Shown piece by piece: positions 24,381 to 33,157 of a stretch of DNA of 64,000 bases. The first letter of the stretch is position 1, and the number at the start of each line of letters is the position of its first letter. The position numbers and the translations under genes are program-made. The notes beneath the pieces are model-generated. The model did no database searches. It saw nothing but the letters and a program-made list of their open reading frames with translations, and was not told the DNA's origin. Source of the DNA: a virus; IMG/VR virus record IMGVR_UViG_3300045988_139374, positions 1 through 64,000 of that record. One strand, written 5' to 3'.

Positions 24381-25955
24381 ATGGGCGCAACAATGGAAGG
24401 AAAAATCAACGCAATATATTTTATGGATGAATACACTAAGCCTCGGAGGGATAATAGGACTCAGTTTGTTCCTGTTGATCTTTGGCAGCCTTCTTGCCCT
24501 GAAGAGGTTATTATCAATTGTAAGCCTGGTTTCTTTATCGCTCCTCTTAGTGTAATTTTCAACTTGAACATTGATCCTAATGATAAACTGAATTATTTTA
24601 TGCTTTCTACTAAGAAATGCTATAATTCTGCTGACATGAGAAATCATTTGTTTAAGTATGTAAATTACTTCTGCAACTATTATGATTCTGATTGGGAATA
24701 TATGTCTGTGCTCCTTAAAATGAAATTGTGTATTGATAGATATGATGCATCTGCATATTCTATTGAGCATCTTTTCTATGATATGGAGCGTTATATCGTA
24801 AGAAGTAATATTGCAAATAAAGTAGAAAAGATGGTTCAGGATAATTATTATCAGGAACTTAACTATTCTAACATCAAGAATCCTACTTTGCAGTATACTA
24901 ATGATCATGCAAAGCTTCTTCATAAGATGTCTATCCTAATCGATCTTTGTATTCCTCTTCTTACTAATTATGCTTATATGCATAAGGTAGATGTCATTGA
25001 TGATTTTCTGCTTGCATTCTATGATCGTATTCTGCACATGGATCCTAGTATTAATATTTATGCTAAGCTCTATGATACTGCATTTACAAACGTAGTTGCA
25101 AACCAGAAGAACAATCAAGGTATTTGGGTTAAACAAGATATTCGTTCTATTGATACTACTACTCATAGTACAGATTCTGTTCATAATATTATTCTTAATA
25201 TTATGCCCAAGTACACATTTGATAAGAATATCATATCTTTCAACTATGCATCTATCCGTAGAAATACTAGCTATAAGATTACCGATATTTCTTTTGAGTT
25301 CTCTTATGTTCCTATTAGCTCTTCTAAGAGAGATAATGATTCTATCTCTGATTTTGATAAGTTCGAATCTAATCTTATCAGATCTAATGAAGGACTTTAT
25401 CTTCAGAATAAGATTAATGGTGAAACATGTATGAGAAAAATCGAAGACATGTTTGGTCCTTTTGATCCTGTAGAAATTGAGCATTATACTCAGAGAATTA
25501 TGATTGATGCAAATGGAAATTATACCATTAATTCTTTCCAAAAGCAATTGATCTTTAATCTATTCTCTCATTGGTTTGGTGATACTCAGTCTATCTACTC
25601 TATTAATCGTATAGATTTTGTAAAGCTAGTAATTGCTGCTAAGAAACTTCTTATCTCTAAGAATATGGTTGTATTACCGTATATCATTGCTGGTAAGATT
25701 GATAAATTGGTACAGAGAAAGAATGTAAACAAAAAAGAAAAAGCAATTGTAGAATCTTCTCCTTCTTATCCTTTGATTCTTGAAAAGTATAAGAGTGATA
25801 AAGTTGTTAATGAAATTCTTAGTATTGTAGCAACTATTATCTCTTCTGACTTTTCTATTGTGGATATTGATCCTAACATTGATGGAAAACCGTTGAATAC
25901 TGTTGCTGTTAATGTAATCATTGAAGAAGTAGAAATGTTTGTTTTACTTTGCTAA
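24381..25955 (+). CDS. hypothetical protein, 524 aa
   Basis: start MGATMEG with AAGGGAGA SD. Confidence 0.8.
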   Translation: MGATMEGKINAIYFMDEYTKPRRDNRTQFVPVDLWQPSCPEEVIINCKPGFFIAPLSVIFNLNIDPNDKLNYFMLSTKKCYNSADMRNHLFKYVNYFCNYYDSDWEYMSVLLKMKLCIDRYDASAYSIEHLFYDMERYIVRSNIANKVEKMVQDNYYQELNYSNIKNPTLQYTNDHAKLLHKMSILIDLCIPLLTNYAYMHKVDVIDDFLLAFYDRILHMDPSINIYAKLYDTAFTNVVANQKNNQGIWVKQDIRSIDTTTHSTDSVHNIILNIMPKYTFDKNIISFNYASIRRNTSYKITDISFEFSYVPISSSKRDNDSISDFDKFESNLIRSNEGLYLQNKINGETCMRKIEDMFGPFDPVEIEHYTQRIMIDANGNYTINSFQKQLIFNLFSHWFGDTQSIYSINRIDFVKLVIAAKKLLISKNMVVLPYIIAGKIDKLVQRKNVNKKEKAIVESSPSYPLILEKYKSDKVVNEILSIVATIISSDFSIVDIDPNIDGKPLNTVAVNVIIEEVEMFVLLC

Positions 25956-25973
25956 TAAAAAGGAGATAAATTT

Positions 25974-26459
25974 ATGGCTATTATGGGCAACAAGACTTAT
26001 CAGAGTGATAGCTTTAATCTTGGTGGAGATAAACGTATGGAGTTTATCCTCGCTGCAGATAAAGTGAATCCTGATTATTTTATGTTTATGACTCAGATTG
26101 ATGATCTTTGGATCCGACTTGTGTCTGATAATGTCTATCGTCATATGAAGGCATATCAGAATAGTTGTACCGGATGCAATTTTGATGATCCTGGTAATTT
26201 TGCTTGCACTATTAAGTATTCTATCTTTAAGAATCTGCTTCTTGTAGGTGAAGCAGTTCGTCTTCAGGATTATGCTGAAGCTCTGTGGGTTCGTTTGGTA
26301 GATCTTAAACTTAGTGGATCTATTAAGGAACTTACTTCTATGGCAGTTAATTTCACGTCTACTAGTAATGATAATCACTTCATTACTGTTCTTCGGTATG
26401 GAGATATGATTACCATTAATTGCAAGACGAATGATGTTCCTATTGAGATTCAACAGTAA
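25974..26459 (+). CDS. hypothetical protein, 161 aa
   Basis: AAAGGAG SD. Confidence 0.8.
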   Translation: MAIMGNKTYQSDSFNLGGDKRMEFILAADKVNPDYFMFMTQIDDLWIRLVSDNVYRHMKAYQNSCTGCNFDDPGNFACTIKYSIFKNLLLVGEAVRLQDYAEALWVRLVDLKLSGSIKELTSMAVNFTSTSNDNHFITVLRYGDMITINCKTNDVPIEIQQ

Positions 26460-26468
26460 TTAAAAACT

Positions 26469-26506
26469 GAGGAGAACTCACAACGAGTTCTCCTCTTTTA
26501 TTTTTA
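26469..26506 (+). terminator. intrinsic terminator (GAGGAGAACTC / GAGTTCTCCTC)
   Basis: 11-bp stem plus T-tract. Confidence 0.85.
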
Positions 26507-26545
26507 ATTCATGGAAATACTCTAAGATAAAGGAGTGAAATATAA

Positions 26546-27610
26546 GTGAACAAAAATTTTATTTTTGGGCAACAGTTTATAGACTATATAAAGACAATGA
26601 TTCCTGGAGCTCATGAAGTATCTGGTGGTACAGAAATAGTTTGTAGGTGTAGATATTGCCCAGATTCTAGAGATCAAAACCATGGTCATATGTATATTAA
26701 AGTACCGCAAGAATCCGATGATCCAATATTGTTTCATTGTTTTAAATGTCAAACATCTGGAGCTCTTGACTCCAGAACTCTATTAGATTGGGGAATCTAT
26801 GATCCTAGCATTGCAGTTACTATTGATAAAATTAATAAGAAAGCTGCTAAGTCTAATAAGTTTATTGGATATACGAAAGACTGGTATAATTTCTATAATT
26901 GCATATCTAATCCTCAGCTAGCACAGAATAAAGTAGATTATATCAATAATAGACTTGGAACCTCTTTATCTATTAATGACTGTATTCAAGATAAAATAGT
27001 ATTAAACTTATCTGATTGCCTAAATGCTATGAATCTTCAATATACTAGACATCCAAATATTGTGAATCAATTAAATCAATATTTTGTTGGATTTCTTAGT
27101 CTAGATAATAACTTTGTAAATCTTAGAAGAATGTGTAATGAAGGTATAGTTTATAATGGTATTGATAAAAGATATATAAACTATAATATTCATGGTAAGA
27201 AAGATAATACAGAAAAGATGTATATCTTGCATTCTAATGTAGATCTTACAAGTCCTAAGAGAATTCAGATTCATATTGCTGAAGGACCATTTGATATCCT
27301 TAGTATTAAGCATAATTTAAGATTAAATGAGCCTAATAGTATTTATGCAGCAATTACTGGGTCTGGGTATAAAGGATTAATAATGCATATTATTAATACT
27401 TTTCAAATATTCTATTTTGATCTTCATGTATATCCAGACAACGATGATATAGGTAGTAAGGATATGATTAATGAATTAATTAATATAGTTGATCCATTTA
27501 ATGCTACTCTATACGAGCACAGAAATCTATATCCTGGTGAGAAAGATTTTGGCGTTCCATTGTCTAGAATAAATGAAACAATAATCACTCATAAATCTCA
27601 TTTCTTCTAA
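26546..27610 (+). CDS. DNA primase (Zn-finger plus TOPRIM), GTG start
   Basis: CRCRYCPDS...FHCFKCQ zinc motif. TOPRIM-like acidic motifs IAEGPFD and YPDNDD. AAAGGAG SD. Confidence 0.7.
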   Translation: MNKNFIFGQQFIDYIKTMIPGAHEVSGGTEIVCRCRYCPDSRDQNHGHMYIKVPQESDDPILFHCFKCQTSGALDSRTLLDWGIYDPSIAVTIDKINKKAAKSNKFIGYTKDWYNFYNCISNPQLAQNKVDYINNRLGTSLSINDCIQDKIVLNLSDCLNAMNLQYTRHPNIVNQLNQYFVGFLSLDNNFVNLRRMCNEGIVYNGIDKRYINYNIHGKKDNTEKMYILHSNVDLTSPKRIQIHIAEGPFDILSIKHNLRLNEPNSIYAAITGSGYKGLIMHIINTFQIFYFDLHVYPDNDDIGSKDMINELINIVDPFNATLYEHRNLYPGEKDFGVPLSRINETIITHKSHFF

Positions 27611-27858
27611 TTATTAATTTACACTGCAAGTAACTACTAATTAGTAGAGCAGGAATATTATGATCCTCCTAGGTACGTTTGTATCACAGCTGGTTGCTTT
27701 TACAGATTTCTAAAACAATTCAAACTTCTTTTATACTATAGATCTTTATGGCGCGGGAGAGATTTATAGTTTATCATGTATTGCTTGGGACGTAGTATAT
27801 GATCTCCTTTTTAAGTTTGGATGTGTTCATTTTCAAGTCATGGTGTAACTGCTCTATT

Positions 27859-27897
27859 ACCTGATGAGAGTTAATTCACACTCATCAGGTTCTTTAG
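27859..27897 (+). terminator. stem-loop, possible terminator of the primase transcript (ACCTGATGAG / CTCATCAGGT)
   Basis: 10-bp stem followed by TCTTTAGTT; 250 nt beyond the primase stop. Confidence 0.45.
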
Positions 27898-27931
27898 TTG
27901 TAAGATAGAAGAATTTGGGTTTCTTCTATCT

Positions 27932-28036
27932 TTACATATATTCAAGAGTAGCCCAATATACTCTTGGAGAAACCATTTTCTTAGTCCTGTAATATAAGCC
28001 TCCAAATTTTATATTACAACCAGATTTCATTCCCAT
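27932..28036 (-). CDS. candidate 34-aa basic peptide MGMKSGCNIKFGGLYYRTKKMVSPRVYWATLEYM
   Basis: AGGAGA SD 6 nt upstream on the minus strand; bracketed by hairpins; below the ORF-track cutoff. Confidence 0.3.
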   Translation of the reverse strand: MGMKSGCNIKFGGLYYRTKKMVSPRVYWATLEYM

Positions 28037-28052
28037 TTTTATCTCCTAATTG

Positions 28053-28090
28053 ACCCATAAGGATGAAAGTCCTTATGGGTTTATTTTTTT
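28053..28090 (+). terminator. intrinsic terminator (ACCCATAAGGA / TCCTTATGGGT plus T-tract)
   Basis: 11-bp stem plus T7; no annotated plus-strand gene directly upstream. Confidence 0.7.
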
Positions 28091-28103
28091 ATAAATTATG
28101 ATT

Positions 28104-28154
28104 TATGAATATATATTATAATAATGAAGTAAAGATATAAAGATTCTTTATTTC
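28104..28154 (+). promoter_or_regulatory. phage promoter box (TATGAATATATATTATAATAATG) plus 5' stem-loop 28126-28154
   Basis: box variant; 10-bp hairpin with one G-U pair. Confidence 0.6.
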
Positions 28155-28201
28155 GAGTCGTTTATCTATTTCATTTAAACCATAATAGGAGGTAAAATAT
28201 T

Positions 28202-28534
28202 ATGGAAGTTAAAACTGAACAACATAACTTGATTGACGATTGTACCGAGTTGAAAAACTTAGGATACAAACTAGCAATTCTTGAGAGCTCTAAGCAGGAT
28301 CCTGCTTTCAGCTTAGAGGTTAGTGATCGAGCAATGTCGATCATCAGAAAGTACATTGGTGCCGATCAGATGGAGGCTATTGATTGGTATCACTGCGGAT
28401 ATGACAATGGCATCCATGACTGGAACTATGGTGATCATAAGCAGTTCGTCTTCAATCCAACTACTGGTGAAATTACCAGTAAGAAAATTCTGAAGATTGC
28501 AGAACCTGCTGATGCTAAGCGGTTCCGATTGTAG
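28202..28534 (+). CDS. hypothetical protein, 110 aa
   Basis: AGGAGG SD; G/C-ending codon bias. Confidence 0.8.
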   Translation: MEVKTEQHNLIDDCTELKNLGYKLAILESSKQDPAFSLEVSDRAMSIIRKYIGADQMEAIDWYHCGYDNGIHDWNYGDHKQFVFNPTTGEITSKKILKIAEPADAKRFRL

Positions 28535-28559
28535 TGATCTTTTAAGGAGGTGCATGATT

Positions 28560-28910
28560 ATGTCTATCAGAAAAGGCCCTATTACGACTAAGGAGATCGA
28601 TAACGCAACTCCTTACATTTCCGATATCAAAGGGTTTCCAATTCAATGCCCTGGTATCGGTTTTTGCACTACAAGTCACCATGCTATTCTTGTAGTGTCT
28701 GATCTCAATGGTACAAAGTATAGTATCATTGAGGCAGTTCGGAGCTTTATCGCTGAAGGATCTATTGAAATCATCGGGTTATGGGAAGCATCTTCTCAGG
28801 ATGGTTCCTATACTCCTGAATATCGTTTCAACAAAGTTTACAGCGAAGATGGTGTAAAGGAGGCCTTCGCTAAAGCTAAGGCACTGATGGAGGAGGCTAA
28901 TAATGTCTGA
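28560..28910 (+). CDS. hypothetical protein, about 116 aa (start MSIRKGP)
   Basis: AAGGAGG SD 9 nt upstream of 28560; the track start at 28497 overlaps the upstream gene without an SD. Confidence 0.7.
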   Translation: MSIRKGPITTKEIDNATPYISDIKGFPIQCPGIGFCTTSHHAILVVSDLNGTKYSIIEAVRSFIAEGSIEIIGLWEASSQDGSYTPEYRFNKVYSEDGVKEAFAKAKALMEEANNV

Positions 28911-29232
28911 GTACGTTATTTATCATTTGACCTCTGATGGAAAAACCCAGAACTTTGCAGATGCTATTGCATCATATACTGATCTTGGTGCATTCCTTAG
29001 TGCCATGGATCAGCTTAGTAGTATGGTTTTTTCCATTAGAGATAGATATGTGAAAGAGGGTAATCTTGATAATCTTGTTAAGAACCCTCCCATTATTGTC
29101 TACTCGTATTTCGGGTATGAAGACATTGGAAGCAATGCCATGCATGATAGTGGTAATATGCTTGGAAAATTAAAAAGCATAAGTATCAATATCAATGGCG
29201 TTGATCATACCTATAAAGGTATGATTGTCTAA
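28903..29232 (+). CDS. hypothetical protein, 109 aa
   Basis: GGAGGAGG SD; overlaps the upstream stop. Confidence 0.8.
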   Translation: MSEYVIYHLTSDGKTQNFADAIASYTDLGAFLSAMDQLSSMVFSIRDRYVKEGNLDNLVKNPPIIVYSYFGYEDIGSNAMHDSGNMLGKLKSISININGVDHTYKGMIV

Positions 29233-29239
29233 AAGAATA

Positions 29240-29279
29240 AGGGGAGTGGGCTTTATGCTCACTCCCTTTTATTTTTTTT
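29240..29279 (+). terminator. intrinsic terminator (GGGAGTGGGC / GCTCACTCCC plus T-tract)
   Basis: GGAGTGGG hairpin family. Confidence 0.85.
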
Positions 29280-29347
29280 CTATTTACCGTTGTTAAACCA
29301 TGAAAACTGAACAGTTTAATAACAATTAAAAATGGGAGGTTTTGAAC

Positions 29348-31981
29348 ATGGTTTCTACACCGCTAAACATTGCAAGATATGTGTATAAGCGTGGGCGTTC
29401 ATTGGAAAGAAGAAAGTCTATTCATGAAAATTGTGTAGCATATCCAGATCTTTCTAATGTAAAAAGTAAGGATATTTACAAGTATCGTGTTGAATCTTTT
29501 CTAAGAGATTGTATTGATTATAAAGATGCATTGTCTCTAATGGAGACTATGTACAATGATAATCAATTTGATATCCTTGAGAGTACTGTAAATTATACCA
29601 TTAATAATATTATTCCTACAGTAGAATCCTCTGAACTCCCTGTATGTATTGTTAGAATTGGTGAATCTACTATTGGTGATATTAATAAAGACAGACTTAC
29701 TGAAGCAGCTGCAAATTTTAAATCTATTGATCGTATTATCAAGAATCACAAAACCATTACTAAGAGATTTAGAGTAGATTCTCTAAAAGGAAAGTCTGAG
29801 AAAGATAGAGTACATACTGTATGTGAAATGGTATGTACTTATGGTAGGCCTAAGTATATTAATTTTAATATTGCACTTGAAGAATGTGCATATATTGAAA
29901 GTATTAATGACTTTAGAACCGGTCCAATGAATGAAGATGCTCTAGTAAAATATATTGCTGATTACTTCCTAGAGTTTGATAATAATACAGATAAAGATAT
30001 TCAGAGTTATCGTAAGGCTATTATTGAATCTAAAATTCTTAGCAATAATGCTAGTTGTCTAGTTCCTTATCTAATGGATGGCGCTAAGAAAAATGGATCT
30101 TGGTGGGATAAACTCACTGAATGGAAAATGGATCCTAATAAATCTATGAAGTCCATTATTGAACTTGCCAGAGAAAATTATTCTGATATTGGAGCTTTTG
30201 GAGAAATCATTAATACTGCAAAAGATTTTGCTAGAATTAATGAAATAGAATTTAATATTGGAACTGTATTTTCTGAGTTTAATAGTCCTATTAGTAGAGA
30301 TCAAGCAAAGAATATTCTTCAAGTTATTAAAGAGAATAATGTAAAAACTTCTGATGATCTAATATTTAGTCTAAGATCTATCTGGGAAGCAGAAGTTAAT
30401 GATGATTCTTATTATGCAGATGGTAATACTGTTCCTCAGACATTTACATCTGATGATATTGATAAATTCAAGATGCATAATCTGATTACAGATGCTCAAG
30501 ATGCTGGAGAATTTATTGATCATGCAATATCTACTTCTTCTAAAGAATCTCCTGTAAAGATTACTGATGGAGGAGTTGGAGATATTAGTAAAGTATCTGA
30601 ATCTAATATTATTGATTATATTGATGAAGAGGGATATATCAATATTCCTCTAAGACATTTTTCTTATAATGAAAATAGCAATCCTGATATTGCATATAAG
30701 ATTATTGAATCTACTGCAAAGTGTGCTAATAATATTCTAGCAAATAGAAATTCTAGAATTTATTATACTATTGAAGGCTGTCACTTCTCTTATTCTCTAA
30801 GATCGAAGTACAAAGTTGTACTAAGTGAATCCCAAGAAAATAAGAGAGGATTTACTAATTTTGATAAAAAGAATATTCTTTATATCAATAAATGCGCAGA
30901 AGTTGCTCAAGAGATTGATGAATCTTGCATCTATGAAATTATTGATAATCTTAAGGATAATATGAATTATGCTGCTAATGTTTCTGTAGAAGAAGCTAGA
31001 CTTGTGGCAGATATTATTAAGCCTTATGTAGATGAAAGTGTTTTTGAAGAGTTCATCTATAATTGCCGTCATGAAGGCAATACTAAAGCTGAGGCAATTG
31101 CTAATGCTATTAATGAATCTAATACTGAATTCAATATCGATGCGGATCATAATAGTAGAATTAATCTTTGTGCTAGAGTAATGTCTATGAATGAAGATGC
31201 TAATATTACTCCTATCGTTAAGAAAGCTGCTTCTAATGTAAAGAAAGCAGTTGGTATCAAGTTTAAAGATAAAGATACTGATGATAGTGGTGATAAGAAA
31301 CCTTCTTCTGTGACTAAGAATATAGATGACGATAAGCCTAAACAGAGCAAAGCTATTAATGATAAATCTGATGATCTAGATGATAAAGATACTAAGGAAT
31401 CTAAGAGAGATAATGACGACGGTTCCGAAGATGGAAGCTATGGTAAATCTGTTAAATCTCTAAATGATGCTAAGCTTGCTCTTAGAGGACTTAAAGCAAA
31501 AGGTAAAGATCTATCTGCTAAAGAGCAAGAAGCTTCTAGAGATCTTGATATGGAATTTAATCATCTTCTCAAATGTATTAAGAGTATATATACTACTGAT
31601 CATAGAGAAGAAATCATTACTGGTGAAGTAAATGTAAGTATTTCTAAAATTCTTAAGATTGCTATTGCTTTAGCAGGAGCTGGAGTTGCATCTGGTACAA
31701 TTGCTGTTCCTGCTATTGGTGCAGTTACTCTCTTTGCTCTTTCTAAGCATGCTTCTAAAAAGGAAAAACAAGCAGTTCTTGATCAAATTGATGTTGAACT
31801 TCAAGTGCTAGATCGTGAGATTAGCCGTGCAGAATCTTCTGGATCTGCTAAGAAGTATAGACAACTTCTTATGATCCAGAAAAATCTACAACGTAAGCGT
31901 CAACAAATTCATTTCGGAATTGCAAAAAGTGGAAAGAGAATTCCTATTAGTTCTACTACAGGTTTAAGAGAGAGGGAGTGA
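29348..31981 (+). CDS. large hypothetical protein, 877 aa, with a charged low-complexity region, one hydrophobic segment and a C-terminal coiled-coil; possible virion/head-module protein
   Basis: GGGAGG SD before the ATG at 29348; position upstream of the polyacidic protein and the codon-biased 584-aa protein. Confidence 0.7.
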   Translation: MVSTPLNIARYVYKRGRSLERRKSIHENCVAYPDLSNVKSKDIYKYRVESFLRDCIDYKDALSLMETMYNDNQFDILESTVNYTINNIIPTVESSELPVCIVRIGESTIGDINKDRLTEAAANFKSIDRIIKNHKTITKRFRVDSLKGKSEKDRVHTVCEMVCTYGRPKYINFNIALEECAYIESINDFRTGPMNEDALVKYIADYFLEFDNNTDKDIQSYRKAIIESKILSNNASCLVPYLMDGAKKNGSWWDKLTEWKMDPNKSMKSIIELARENYSDIGAFGEIINTAKDFARINEIEFNIGTVFSEFNSPISRDQAKNILQVIKENNVKTSDDLIFSLRSIWEAEVNDDSYYADGNTVPQTFTSDDIDKFKMHNLITDAQDAGEFIDHAISTSSKESPVKITDGGVGDISKVSESNIIDYIDEEGYINIPLRHFSYNENSNPDIAYKIIESTAKCANNILANRNSRIYYTIEGCHFSYSLRSKYKVVLSESQENKRGFTNFDKKNILYINKCAEVAQEIDESCIYEIIDNLKDNMNYAANVSVEEARLVADIIKPYVDESVFEEFIYNCRHEGNTKAEAIANAINESNTEFNIDADHNSRINLCARVMSMNEDANITPIVKKAASNVKKAVGIKFKDKDTDDSGDKKPSSVTKNIDDDKPKQSKAINDKSDDLDDKDTKESKRDNDDGSEDGSYGKSVKSLNDAKLALRGLKAKGKDLSAKEQEASRDLDMEFNHLLKCIKSIYTTDHREEIITGEVNVSISKILKIAIALAGAGVASGTIAVPAIGAVTLFALSKHASKKEKQAVLDQIDVELQVLDREISRAESSGSAKKYRQLLMIQKNLQRKRQQIHFGIAKSGKRIPISSTTGLRERE

Positions 31982-31985
31982 TTTA

Positions 31986-32984
31986 ATGAGCCTCTTTGAT
32001 TATTATAGAAAGGAATATCTGCATGAATTATCTGTTAACGGTAATAATGTCGATGACAATGATGACTTCAATGTAGATGATCCTAGCGATAACAATACAG
32101 ATGAAAATAATACTGATGATCAAGAAAATGAAGAAGGTACGCCTTCAGATGCTACTGCAGATGATGCAGAAGCTGAAGATGATACTGATACTGCAGGTGC
32201 AGAAGATCAAGGATCTGATGATAATACTGATGAAGACAATGAAGATAATTTTACTCTAGAAGATGATGACGATGGATCAATGGATGAAGGAGATAATACA
32301 GAAGATGCAGATGAGCAATCTGATGATTTTACTGTAGATGACGATACTTCTGATACTGATACTCAGTCTGATGATCCTAATGAAGATACTCCAACAGATG
32401 ATGGAGAAGATACTAATACTGGAGATTCTGATACAGATACCACTGATGACACTTCTGGAGATGATACAGGAGATTCAGGTGGTGATGATGGAGCAGATGA
32501 TTTTACTGTAGATGGTGACTCTGGTGGAGACACTGGAGATGGAGGAGAATCTACAGATGATGGATCATCTGATTCTGGAGATACCTCTGGCAGTGATACT
32601 TCCAATTCTTCTGGTGGAGGAGATCCTGCAGCAAAGATTCCAGATGATGAAGAACGTGCTGCAGAAGAAGCTATATATAATACACTTTCTGATGATGATA
32701 AACTCAAGCGTATCATTAAGCTAAAAGAAAGTTTTAGAGATCTATATGATACTATCAATACCATTATCAATGCTGTCAATCATATTCCTAAAAGAGCTAA
32801 TAATTTGGAGAAGATCCAGAAGACCCAAATTGCATTGAATAAGCTAAAGGAAATTATCGTAGACTACATCACTTATAATTTTGATAATAGAGCCTATATT
32901 GATAATTATACTAATTATATCAAATTTATCGCTGCTCTAAGAACCGTTTCTGATGTCATTAGCTACATAAATTCTGATAAATAA
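31986..32984 (+). CDS. polyacidic low-complexity protein (scaffold-like or DNA-mimic-like), 332 aa
   Basis: about 200 residues of D/E/T/S/G followed by a helical C-terminal ~110 aa; directly upstream of the putative capsid gene. Confidence 0.75.
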   Translation: MSLFDYYRKEYLHELSVNGNNVDDNDDFNVDDPSDNNTDENNTDDQENEEGTPSDATADDAEAEDDTDTAGAEDQGSDDNTDEDNEDNFTLEDDDDGSMDEGDNTEDADEQSDDFTVDDDTSDTDTQSDDPNEDTPTDDGEDTNTGDSDTDTTDDTSGDDTGDSGGDDGADDFTVDGDSGGDTGDGGESTDDGSSDSGDTSGSDTSNSSGGGDPAAKIPDDEERAAEEAIYNTLSDDDKLKRIIKLKESFRDLYDTINTIINAVNHIPKRANNLEKIQKTQIALNKLKEIIVDYITYNFDNRAYIDNYTNYIKFIAALRTVSDVISYINSDK

Positions 32985-33157
32985 TCATTTATTATTAATT
33001 TATCGTAACTAATAAATAAAATATTTGCAAGAAACCTCTCTAATTCTTGCTTATATCTTTAAAACCCTTTATACAAAAAATAACTAAAATATTTTCGATT
33101 TACTATTTGTCACGTCCTTCAAATAGTAAGTCATAAATTATCAAGGAGGATAACCAA

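Noticed and set aside
27644-27857. Long-range 8-bp complementarity (TAGAGCAG at 27644-27651 with CTGCTCTA at 27849-27856) suggesting a closed ~200-nt RNA domain
   Set aside because: A single 8-mer match within a ~500-nt region is expected by chance, and there is no supporting nested helices or covariation available.
32363-32779. 138-aa S/P/V/E-rich minus-strand ORF
   Set aside because: It is the mirror image of the D/T/G/S low-complexity repeats of the polyacidic protein gene, so it is a composition artefact.
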